Assembly (NCBI GenBank): GCA_048941265.1 | Contig: JBHLNT010000032.1 | Location: 1-33,151 of the forward strand | DNA length: 33,151 nucleotides | Direction of reading: 5' to 3' | From: Promethearchaeota archaeon | GTDB taxonomy: Archaea > Asgardarchaeota > Lokiarchaeia > Sigyniarchaeales > SOKP01 | Part shown: in pieces, positions 1 to 8,483 of the stretch | Position numbering within the stretch: the stretch's first letter is position 1 | How the letters are laid out: the number at the start of each line of letters is the position of its first letter | Made by a program: the position numbers and the translations under genes | The notes under the pieces: generated by a model | What the model was told of the DNA's origin: nothing | Database searches by the model: none | What the model saw: the letters and a program-made list of their open reading frames with translations, nothing else

Positions 1-2
1 CT

Positions 3-245
3 ATCATAATTGATGATTTTTTAATCATGAATACTTCAGGTTATGAATTTGGAAATTGGAGGTTGGACCAACAGGATAAAGGTCATAAGACGGAGATATC
101 TAATATTATAAATTTTAATTTAGAACTAGGACTTCCATTATTAAGTGTTACTGATGCTTTAAGATCCATGGAGTTATGTTTCAATATAATAGAGTCAATT
201 AAAAATAAAAAGATTATTAGCATTAAAACAAGCTTTTATGAATAA
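3..245 (+). CDS. C-terminal part of a Gfo/Idh/MocA-family oxidoreductase (5' truncated by the window edge)
   Basis: Frame is open from position 3 (IIIDDFLIMNTSG...QQDKGHKTE...LPLLSVTDALRSMEL). The 'IDDF...QDKGH..E' pattern resembles the C-terminus of sugar-pathway Gfo/Idh/MocA domains. The stop overlaps the next start. Confidence 0.6.
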   Translation: MIIDDFLIMNTSGYEFGNWRLDQQDKGHKTEISNIINFNLELGLPLLSVTDALRSMELCFNIIESIKNKKIISIKTSFYE

Positions 246-1101
246 GAAAATGAAAAGCAATCAATATTTTTTTCCTGATGACCAAGTTCAAATAATTAAT
301 CGGTATGCTGTATTTTCAAACTTACCTGATGATCCAGTATTTAAAAATAATGTAACTCCAATAAATAAACCTATATTTTGTGGTGGGATTATTAATCGTA
401 TTAACCAAAATATTTATAATTTCAAGATTAATGATTTTGTAGTTTTCATCTCTCATACACAAGAGTTAATCAGTCAAATGTCTCAAAATATTGTTTTTAA
501 ATTTGCTAATATGCAAGATCTTAAACTCATTTCAATTATTCCTTATGCCTCTTTTGCTATGAAAATTTTAAGACAAATCAATCCAAAATTTAAGCAATCG
601 GTTTTAATTTATGGATTAGATTTCTTCTCAATTCTTTTATTTAAATTAATTAAAATTTCTGGAACAAAAGTAGGGATAATAAATCCAAAAGAGAAAGATG
701 AAATTGATGGGGTGCATTATAAAAAATTAATTAATGATGAGATCATAAACGATCGAATAAACTACAAAATAGATACTTTAATCATTTCTTCAGAATTTGC
801 TTCTAAACCAGATAAATATTTAGAAAAAATAAAATTTAAGCAAAAATATCATTTAAATCAGATTTCAATTCATGATATAGGATATGACGATCCCTATTAT
901 AAAATGGGTATAAAATATCCTTATTCATACGTTAGATGGGATTATCACAGAAATTTAAAATACTTTTTAAGTTTATATAATAAACAAATCATAAAACTCG
1001 ATTATTTAAAAATTGTACATAAAAAAGTGGGCTCTTTTAACCAAATCAAAAATTCCTGTAAAAATATTGAAGAAAAAGGAATAATTCTACTAGAATATTA
1101 A
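238..1101 (+). CDS. Divergent MDR (zinc-binding dehydrogenase-like) domain protein, related to the N-terminal half of bi-domain sugar oxidoreductases
   Basis: 287 aa. 'GYDDPYYKMGIKYPYSYVRWDYHRNLKYFL' matches the 'GRYDPxYEExGxDYPxGYVRWTExRN' signature. 'FKINDFVV' and 'SVLIYGLDFFS' are eroded GroES-like and Rossmann motifs. Confidence 0.6.
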   Translation: MNKKMKSNQYFFPDDQVQIINRYAVFSNLPDDPVFKNNVTPINKPIFCGGIINRINQNIYNFKINDFVVFISHTQELISQMSQNIVFKFANMQDLKLISIIPYASFAMKILRQINPKFKQSVLIYGLDFFSILLFKLIKISGTKVGIINPKEKDEIDGVHYKKLINDEIINDRINYKIDTLIISSEFASKPDKYLEKIKFKQKYHLNQISIHDIGYDDPYYKMGIKYPYSYVRWDYHRNLKYFLSLYNKQIIKLDYLKIVHKKVGSFNQIKNSCKNIEEKGIILLEY

Positions 1102-1224
1102 ACGAATATTAATGGTTTTTTAATAAAATTTTTGGAAGATCCTTCAAAATTCTATATTATTTCATTCAATTAAAAAAAATAAAGAAAAATCCCATTATGT
1201 ATAGTAAAAAAGATTTTGTTAAAT

Positions 1225-2334
1225 TTATAGAATTTTTGGTATATTCATACTAGCAAGACCAACACTTCTTAAATCGCTTCTCTTTCCTCCTAGATATGCA
1301 GTCCATAGCTTATTTTCTGAAATTATCCAAGTATTTAACCCATAAAAAAGTTTAGAATCCCATTCATTTTTTTTACCTGGTTTTAAAATAGGTCCAGATA
1401 ACTTATTCCATGATTTACCTCCATCATCAGAAAAAACCATGTATACTGTATCATTATTATCTCTTTGTATTATCCTTAGTGCTGAAATGATAATTCCGTT
1501 AATGATAAAACCCGCTTGTAATCTTGAGACAGTTACACTATTTTCAAACATATCATCGGCTGTTACTTGACCCCACTTTTCAAATTTATCCCCATTTTCA
1601 TCTACTTGGATTGCTAATCCTGTATCAAAATCAATATGACCTGTCCCTTGTGCTCCATATAACATATGAAGCTTGTTATTCCATAAATAAACTTCGGGAC
1701 AATGAATCATTTTATTATCCCATTGATTCTTCCCTCCAATATCAAGAATTATTGCAGTTCTTCCATTTTTTCTAAGTTTTTCCCATTTAATACCATTATC
1801 GGAGTAAGCCTTTCCAATTCTCCATGTTTTCCCATCAAACATATCAAAGAACATATGATATCTATTATTATACTTAACCACAGCTGGATCAGCTATACAA
1901 ACTTTATCAAAATCTCCCTCATTACCCGTATATTTTAAAATTGGATTATCTGGATGTTTTTTCCAAGGACCAGTAATTTTTTCTGCGGTTGCGAGCCCTA
2001 TTTGCCAGTTCCTTGCTTTACTTAATCTTTCGGATTCATAGTATAAAAAATATTTTTGCCCATTATAAAACAGAAAAGGTTGAAAAATTCCTGTCTCGTC
2101 CCATTCTCCAGATTTTCCTCCCTCTAAAATTGGATTCCCTGTATATTTTGTCAGGTATAATGCTTCTTTGAATGGTATAATGATGTTCTCATAATTTGCT
2201 TTGTATTTATTAATTAATACTTCTAATGAAATTTGTTCTCTTAAATTATATATCGTGTGATATTTTTTTACTTTAAAAATTAGATATTTAAATATATTCG
2301 CAATATTCTTACTAAAGATGTCGGTTTTTCTCAT
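1225..2334 (-). CDS. Five-bladed beta-propeller glycoside hydrolase-like protein (GH32/43/130-like clan)
   Basis: Four internal repeats of the type (N/G)PIL..G..xxWD...I..P; Asp-box-like SDNGIKW and SDDGGKSW; 'WQIGLATA' and 'WRIGKAYS'. Confidence 0.75.
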   Translation of the reverse strand: MRKTDIFSKNIANIFKYLIFKVKKYHTIYNLREQISLEVLINKYKANYENIIIPFKEALYLTKYTGNPILEGGKSGEWDETGIFQPFLFYNGQKYFLYYESERLSKARNWQIGLATAEKITGPWKKHPDNPILKYTGNEGDFDKVCIADPAVVKYNNRYHMFFDMFDGKTWRIGKAYSDNGIKWEKLRKNGRTAIILDIGGKNQWDNKMIHCPEVYLWNNKLHMLYGAQGTGHIDFDTGLAIQVDENGDKFEKWGQVTADDMFENSVTVSRLQAGFIINGIIISALRIIQRDNNDTVYMVFSDDGGKSWNKLSGPILKPGKKNEWDSKLFYGLNTWIISENKLWTAYLGGKRSDLRSVGLASMNIPKIL

Positions 2335-2408
2335 TTAAAATAACTTGTAATCTTTAAGTTAAATATTTTATTTTTTCATAATAGCTTTCTTTTTAAGCAT
2401 TTAAAGAA

Positions 2409-3866
2409 TCACAAGAGTTTATAAAAATCCTTACTTAAAATATTTTTAATTATTTCTTTTTCTGCGTCATATTCTTTAATGAATGGTTGGATTTCTTGGA
2501 ATAATTTATTTTTAATAAAGGATAGCTCATCAGTAAGAGCTTTATTTAAATTTTTTAATTCCTTAGGATCATTTTTAAGATTATACAATTCATTTTCCTT
2601 TGTTTCATCATTATAAATCAATTTCCAGTTCAAACTTCTACATGATATTAGAGTAGAATATTTTTTACAATCTTTAAAATAAGCAGTAAACATTTTATCC
2701 TTACTAAAATAAATAGCACTTATAACATATTGATATTGTTTAAAGCTTTCATTTCCCATTATTAAGTCAACTAAGCTTTTACCATGGAAAGAATTATCTT
2801 TTGGAAGTTTAAAAACATCAAGAACAGTAGGAGCAAAATCTAAGAGCTCAATTTGGTCAAAAATTCTAATCTTTTTATTAAATGTTTGATCCCCTTTTAT
2901 GATAAAAGGAATTTTTAAAAGCTCGTCATATAAGGTAACACCATGACTCAGTTGATTATGGTCGAATAAAGCTTGACCATGGTCAGACGTTAATATTATA
3001 AAAGTGGAGTCAAATATTCTTAACCTTCTAAGATAAGTGAATAATATTCCTAAATAATGATCTACGTAGCGGATTTCCGCATCATATAAAATATTTAATG
3101 CTTTTATATGACTATCATTAATTTTTTCCATAAAATTGGGTATTTTCTTATAATTATCAAATAAATCATTTAGATATACTTTTAATGATTCGGAAATCGG
3201 TTCATTTGAAATTTCCTCTATAAATTTTAGGGGGGGATAATATGGTCTATGAACATCCATAAAATGAATCCATAAGAAAAAGGATTTATTATAATTATTG
3301 TGTAACCATTTAATTGCCTCTGAAACAATAACTTTAGCATTTGAATAAGGAGCATTAATTTTTTCAGTTTTAAAAGAAGAAATTTTATTATTTAATGGTA
3401 AAAATTTAAAAATTATAGCCTTTATCCGATCTAAATAATCTTTTAAACCTAAACGATTAAAGATATATTTTACATTGTCTATTAATCTTTTTCGCATAGA
3501 AAACTGTGGATTTTCAAAAATATCAATGAAATAATCAAAACCAAGATGATAATTGCAAAATGAAGTTAAATGAGGATTAGAATGTATACCACATGTTTTA
3601 ATTTTATTTTTCTGGAGAACTTCTGCTAATTTTCTTTTATTAAAAGGGATTGGAGCATAACTACCCTCTGCTGTAGGAACTGTAGAGGAGAATATTGAAT
3701 AAAAAGAAGATGGCGTATTAGAGCCATTAGCTATAGCATTTTCAAAAATTATAGCCTCTTTAGCAATTTTCTCTATATTAGGTGCTGAATCTTTATTATA
3801 TTGATAAATTTTTAAATGATCTTTTCTCAAACAATCAATTGTAATAAATATTACTTTTTTTTCCAT
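2409..3866 (-). CDS. Sulfatase-like hydrolase/transferase (alkaline phosphatase superfamily)
   Basis: IFITIDCLRKDH, FFLWIHFMDVHRPY, YDAEIRYVD, LTSDHG, HGVTLYDE..KIPFII, ELYNLKNDPKE. The CxPxR motif is absent. Confidence 0.85.
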   Translation of the reverse strand: MEKKVIFITIDCLRKDHLKIYQYNKDSAPNIEKIAKEAIIFENAIANGSNTPSSFYSIFSSTVPTAEGSYAPIPFNKRKLAEVLQKNKIKTCGIHSNPHLTSFCNYHLGFDYFIDIFENPQFSMRKRLIDNVKYIFNRLGLKDYLDRIKAIIFKFLPLNNKISSFKTEKINAPYSNAKVIVSEAIKWLHNNYNKSFFLWIHFMDVHRPYYPPLKFIEEISNEPISESLKVYLNDLFDNYKKIPNFMEKINDSHIKALNILYDAEIRYVDHYLGILFTYLRRLRIFDSTFIILTSDHGQALFDHNQLSHGVTLYDELLKIPFIIKGDQTFNKKIRIFDQIELLDFAPTVLDVFKLPKDNSFHGKSLVDLIMGNESFKQYQYVISAIYFSKDKMFTAYFKDCKKYSTLISCRSLNWKLIYNDETKENELYNLKNDPKELKNLNKALTDELSFIKNKLFQEIQPFIKEYDAEKEIIKNILSKDFYKLL

Positions 3867-4110
3867 CTTATATTTTATTTTTCTTCCCTTTTTATAACAT
3901 AAAATGATTATTCTATTATAAGAGATTTCTATAAGTGAACTGTTAAATCATCTTTTTCCTAATATGTTTTTCGATACATTTTTTTATATTAAGCATTCAA
4001 AGATTTTATTATTTAAAGTAATTAAACCTTAAATATATAGAAATATAATAATTTTTTTTGCTCTTACCTTACCGCAAGTTTTTAATCAAATTTTTTAAAA
4101 AGATATTTTC

Positions 4111-4851
4111 TTATTCTACTTTTTGCCAAACAAAACATCCTATGCAATTAACTCCAAACGGCCCTCTATCTTTCGAAGAATTTGAAATTTGCTTAGCTTT
4201 TTCAAGATCACATTTTTTCCAAAATTTTAACTTTTCTCGATAATAATATGCTTCAATAATTAGTTCTAAGTTTTTTCTTGAAAATAATGAAATTATTGCT
4301 TCATGAGTAAATGATCTTAGAAAGGTATTTTCATATTTTTTACCAAATGGAACTGTAACTATTAATTTGCCTTGATTTTTAAGTAGTTTCACTAATTTTA
4401 ATACGGTAATATTTAATGCTTTAGTGTCTTTTTCCTCCTCATAATGACCTAACCCTACATGTTCTAAAACCGATATAGCTGTAATATAATCAAATTTTTG
4501 TTCATCATCGAAATCCAATATGTTAATATTATAGAAAGTTAGATTTGGATGTTTAAATTCGTAATTTCTGAGGTCAATTGCTACAACATCATGTCCAAAT
4601 GAAGCTAATTGTAAAGCTAAATAACTTTTTGTACAGCCAAAATCTAATATACGTTTTTTACCTTGATTTATAGGGATTTGATTGAGAGTAAATGGCATTT
4701 CTATGATTCTTTCATTCATATACCACTTTCCCTCTTTAAATTTGATAGGAGTATTAAAAAAGGTTAAAAAATTTTGAGTTTTTATTTGAAAAATTTTTTC
4801 TAATATTATTATTGTTTTTATAATAATTTTATTTGATATTTTTATCTTTAT
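4111..4851 (-). CDS. Class I SAM-dependent methyltransferase (glycan-locus type); first ATG at 4719, probable true start at ATA 4851
   Basis: ILDFGC motif I, DVVAIDL, FDYITAISVLEHVGLGHY, LKNQGKLIVTVPFG. The frame stays open 44 codons upstream of the ATG. Confidence 0.8.
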   Translation of the reverse strand: MKIKISNKIIIKTIIILEKIFQIKTQNFLTFFNTPIKFKEGKWYMNERIIEMPFTLNQIPINQGKKRILDFGCTKSYLALQLASFGHDVVAIDLRNYEFKHPNLTFYNINILDFDDEQKFDYITAISVLEHVGLGHYEEEKDTKALNITVLKLVKLLKNQGKLIVTVPFGKKYENTFLRSFTHEAIISLFSRKNLELIIEAYYYREKLKFWKKCDLEKAKQISNSSKDRGPFGVNCIGCFVWQKVE

Positions 4852-5020
4852 CTATAAATCATCTCCATTTTCATAAAATCTACATTTTACCTTGATTTTA
4901 AAAAATTTTATATTTATGCTAGAAACTCATATAATAATAATTAATGATATTTCTAATTTTGATTATTATAAAACTTTTATACTGAAACTTTTAAAAAATT
5001 ACTATATAAATTAAGTAATT

Positions 5021-6280
5021 ATGAAAATTGCGATTATAACATATGGACATATCTTACCTTTTAAAGGGGGTGTTGCTCAGCATATAAATAATCTTTTTAA
5101 TTTCATAAATAGAAATAAATCGTTTAAAATTTATGTTTTTAATCAATATACTGCAGATAATAAGGTATTTAAAATATTAAATAGAAAAGAATACAGTTCA
5201 AGGGAAATTTTATTCGAACTTTTTAATAAAAGAGTTTTATACTTTCTAATCAAATCTATCTGGTGTATAGTCATAGATGATAGAACTCCCTTTTCACATA
5301 AAGTAAAAATATTGTCATATTTACTTCTAAAACCAAGATTGTTAATTAAAACAATTAATAACGTAGCTGATATTTATCCTTATCTAAATAATTTAGATGT
5401 TGATCTGATTATTGGTGCATATGCAGGTACTACATTACCGCTGATATTTATATTATCAAGAATTTTTAATAAAAAAGTGATTTCTTTAGCACATGGGAAT
5501 GATTTTCTTTATAAAAAAAAAGAGATATCATCAATATCATATTTTTTCAAAAATCTTGATAAAATTATATTAAGTAATAAGAAAACCAAATTCTATATAA
5601 AAAATATTCATCACTTAACTGAGGATCAGCTCAAGATTATTCCTTATGGATTAAATTTAAAAAATTATAAACTGGATGACTCAAAAGCTAAACTACGGAG
5701 AGATTTTAAAATTCCTGAAGAAAAATTTATATTAATTAGTGTAGGGCGCCATGTGTTTCGAAAAAACTTTGATTTAGTTATTAAAGCTGTAAGTAGAATA
5801 AAAAATGAAGTCCCAAATATTAACATTAAATATTATTTAATTGGAGATGGACCAGAAACAGAAAAATTAAAAAACTTAACTAAAGAGCTAAATCTTAATA
5901 ATGAAGTTGAATTTTTGGGAACCTTTGGGGGATTAAAGAGAAATCAATATTATAAACTGTCAGATATTTTCTTAATGCCTTCCGTAGCAACAGAAAAATC
6001 AATTGAAGGATTTGGAATTGTATTTTTAGAGGCCAATTATTTTAAATTACCCGTAATTGGTTCTTTCTCAGGTGGAATGACAGAAGCAATTATTCATAAT
6101 AAAACTGGCTTTTTAATAAAACCAAATGATTTAAATGATCTAGTACGAAAAATAAAGTTACTTTATGAAAACGAGGACATGAGAAGTGAGATGGGAGAAT
6201 ACGGGTATAATAGAGTTGTAAATTATTATAATTGGGATAAAATAACCATCAAATTCAAGGATTTTTTTAATTCTCTTTGA
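5021..6280 (+). CDS. Glycosyltransferase family 4 (GT-B)
   Basis: GGVAQHI, LISVGRHVFRKNFD, IGDGPE, DIFLMPS...EGFGIVFLEA...PVIGS..GGMTEAI....TGFLI. Confidence 0.93.
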   Translation: MKIAIITYGHILPFKGGVAQHINNLFNFINRNKSFKIYVFNQYTADNKVFKILNRKEYSSREILFELFNKRVLYFLIKSIWCIVIDDRTPFSHKVKILSYLLLKPRLLIKTINNVADIYPYLNNLDVDLIIGAYAGTTLPLIFILSRIFNKKVISLAHGNDFLYKKKEISSISYFFKNLDKIILSNKKTKFYIKNIHHLTEDQLKIIPYGLNLKNYKLDDSKAKLRRDFKIPEEKFILISVGRHVFRKNFDLVIKAVSRIKNEVPNINIKYYLIGDGPETEKLKNLTKELNLNNEVEFLGTFGGLKRNQYYKLSDIFLMPSVATEKSIEGFGIVFLEANYFKLPVIGSFSGGMTEAIIHNKTGFLIKPNDLNDLVRKIKLLYENEDMRSEMGEYGYNRVVNYYNWDKITIKFKDFFNSL

Positions 6281-6426
6281 AACATTTTTCAATGTGCGCG
6301 CAAAAATTATATATTATTATCCAATTTATTAAATTGTTAGATATTTAGGAGAAAAAATAAATGTTTTGTCCTTTATTTAAACTTAATTTTATTTTATAAT
6401 TTTAAAAATAGTGATTAACAAGAAAT

Positions 6427-7488
6427 ATGGCAAACATCCTGGTTACCGGGGGCGGGGGATTTATAGGGTCTCACGTAGCTGAATTTTATGCAAAAAATAA
6501 AAAAGTAAATACAATATACATAATTGATAACCTTTCGAGAGCCAAACTCTTAAAAAAAGCTAATAATAATTTTCGATATAATTGGGATTATCTGAAACAA
6601 TATGATAATATTCTCTTTTTCAAGAGAGATATAAAGAATTATAATTTTTTAAAATCTTTCTTTAAGAAAAATCCTATAGATATTGTTATCCATACTGCAG
6701 CACAAACAGCTGTCACAACCTCGATTATAGATCCATTAACAGATTTTGAAAATAATATGATAGGGACATTTAGTCTTTTAGAGGCGATAAGGAGATCGAA
6801 GTTAAACCCCACTATTATATTTTGTTCTACAAACAAGGTTTTTGGCAATAATGTAAATAATTTGAAAGTTATTGAATCTGATTCTCGGTATCAATTTTTA
6901 GAAGAAAACGCATTAGGTATATTTGAAAGTTTTCCAATAGATTTATGTGAACATACTCCTTATGGCGCTTCAAAATTATGTTCAGATATCTACTTTCAAG
7001 AATATGCACATACCTATGGTTTGAAATCAGCTGTTTTTCGAATGTCTTGTATATATGGTACGAGACAGTTTGGAGTGGAAGATCAAGGTTGGGTCGCCCA
7101 TTTAATTATTTCTGCATTAACAGGAAAAAAGATAAATATATTTGGTGATGGTAAGCAGGTAAGGGACATATTATATATCTCGGATTTAATCAATGTTTTT
7201 GATGCATTTATAAAAAAGGCCGATAAAATAAAACACGATGTATTTTGTATAGGAGGTGGTGCTGACAATACATTATCTTTGTTAGAATTAATTGAAATTT
7301 TAGAAGAACTTTCAAAAAATAATATAAAATATGAATTTTTTAATTGGCGTCCAAGTGATCAAAGGATTTTTGTTTCAGATATTTCCAAAGCGAAAAAACA
7401 ATTAGAATGGACTCCAAAGGTGAATCCCCACGATGGAGTTAAAAAAATAGTAGATTGGATTAAAATAAACATAGATTTATTTACTTAA
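6427..7488 (+). CDS. NAD-dependent epimerase, CDP-paratose 2-epimerase (RfbE/Tyv)-like SDR
   Basis: TGGGGFIGSH, HTAAQTAVTTS, STNKVFG, PYGASK (YxxxK), FRMSCIYGTRQFGVEDQGWVA, GDGKQVRDIL, WRPSDQR. Confidence 0.88.
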   Translation: MANILVTGGGGFIGSHVAEFYAKNKKVNTIYIIDNLSRAKLLKKANNNFRYNWDYLKQYDNILFFKRDIKNYNFLKSFFKKNPIDIVIHTAAQTAVTTSIIDPLTDFENNMIGTFSLLEAIRRSKLNPTIIFCSTNKVFGNNVNNLKVIESDSRYQFLEENALGIFESFPIDLCEHTPYGASKLCSDIYFQEYAHTYGLKSAVFRMSCIYGTRQFGVEDQGWVAHLIISALTGKKINIFGDGKQVRDILYISDLINVFDAFIKKADKIKHDVFCIGGGADNTLSLLELIEILEELSKNNIKYEFFNWRPSDQRIFVSDISKAKKQLEWTPKVNPHDGVKKIVDWIKINIDLFT

Positions 7489-7566
7489 TATTTTAATATT
7501 ATTATAGGTATATTGCTCCAAATTTAATGTATATCTCTTTAAAATCTTAACCTACATTTTTAAATG

Positions 7567-8448
7567 TTATTTGTCCCAATTAAATCGCCTTTCTAAGAGA
7601 TCATATAAACGTCTATTATGTGGTTTATAATATTCTAATAAATAATCTCTAATCTCAGTATCAATTTTTGAATAATTACCAACATTGTATTTTTTATAAT
7701 TTTCAGCCTTTAATGGAGGGACATTTAAAAATCTAAATACTTCTTCCATTGTTTTAGAAGGATTGAAGAAAAATTGTTCACTTTCAATTGTTAAAATCTG
7801 CTTTTTAGGGAAATATTTAAACCAATTTTGTATTTGATCAACATAAATTCCTTTTTCTAAAATAGAATATCGCAGATATTTTGAAGGATTATAGTAGGGA
7901 TTATTTTTTAACTTCTTTTTCTCTTTTTCAGCTATAACAACAGCCCTTTCGATAGCTTTCATAAAAGATAAGTTGACAATTCCAAATCTAACTAAACGTT
8001 GATAATGTGAATAAGCTCTATCAACAGGATTTCTTAATAAAATCAAAATTTTTATTTTTGGAAGATATTGAAAGACTCTTTTAGCAACATAAGGATGATA
8101 AAGATAATCTGGTGAACCTTCTCCTGTAATTAAATCAATATTATAAATATATTTAAAGATCCTCTTAAAAAATAAAGGGGGGAAAAAGGCTTTATATTTA
8201 TTAAGATTTCTAGTAAAATTACGATCAAAAAACTGAACTCCTTTTAAAAATGAAGGAGCTATATAAGGATGGTTAATAATGTAATTATACAAAGATGTGG
8301 TCCCACATTGAGGAGCTCCAATAAGTAAAAAATCTGGAAGAGTTCTAAATCGACTTGTTAATGACCTTATATACCTTGTTAAGAAAATTCTAAAAGGAAT
8401 TGGTAAAAAAAAAAAATAATTTATTTTACTATTAAAAATATTTTTCAT
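7567..8448 (-). CDS. Sulfotransferase-domain protein (heparan-sulfate N/3-O-sulfotransferase-like) with substituted catalytic residues
   Basis: LPDFLLIGAPQCGTTSLY (5'-PSB loop), GEGSPDYL, LLRNPVDRAYSHY (3'-PB), GIYVDQIQNW, YYKPHNRRLYDLL. Confidence 0.85.
   Translation of the reverse strand: MKNIFNSKINYFFFLPIPFRIFLTRYIRSLTSRFRTLPDFLLIGAPQCGTTSLYNYIINHPYIAPSFLKGVQFFDRNFTRNLNKYKAFFPPLFFKRIFKYIYNIDLITGEGSPDYLYHPYVAKRVFQYLPKIKILILLRNPVDRAYSHYQRLVRFGIVNLSFMKAIERAVVIAEKEKKKLKNNPYYNPSKYLRYSILEKGIYVDQIQNWFKYFPKKQILTIESEQFFFNPSKTMEEVFRFLNVPPLKAENYKKYNVGNYSKIDTEIRDYLLEYYKPHNRRLYDLLERRFNWDK
8002..8040. repeat. 39-bp segment shared (37/39 identical) with 13236..13274
   Basis: ataatgtgaataagctctatcaacaggatttcttaataa vs ataatgggaataagctctatcaacgggatttcttaataa. 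Both encode LLRNPVDRAYSHY of the paralogous sulfotransferases. Confidence 0.8.
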
Positions 8449-8483
8449 GCTCCTAATTAGTATTATAGTAATTAATTTTTAAC

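Noticed and set aside
1524-2171. Short + strand ORFs (83, 78, 60 aa)
   Set aside because: Antisense shadows of the propeller gene with no recognisable motifs.
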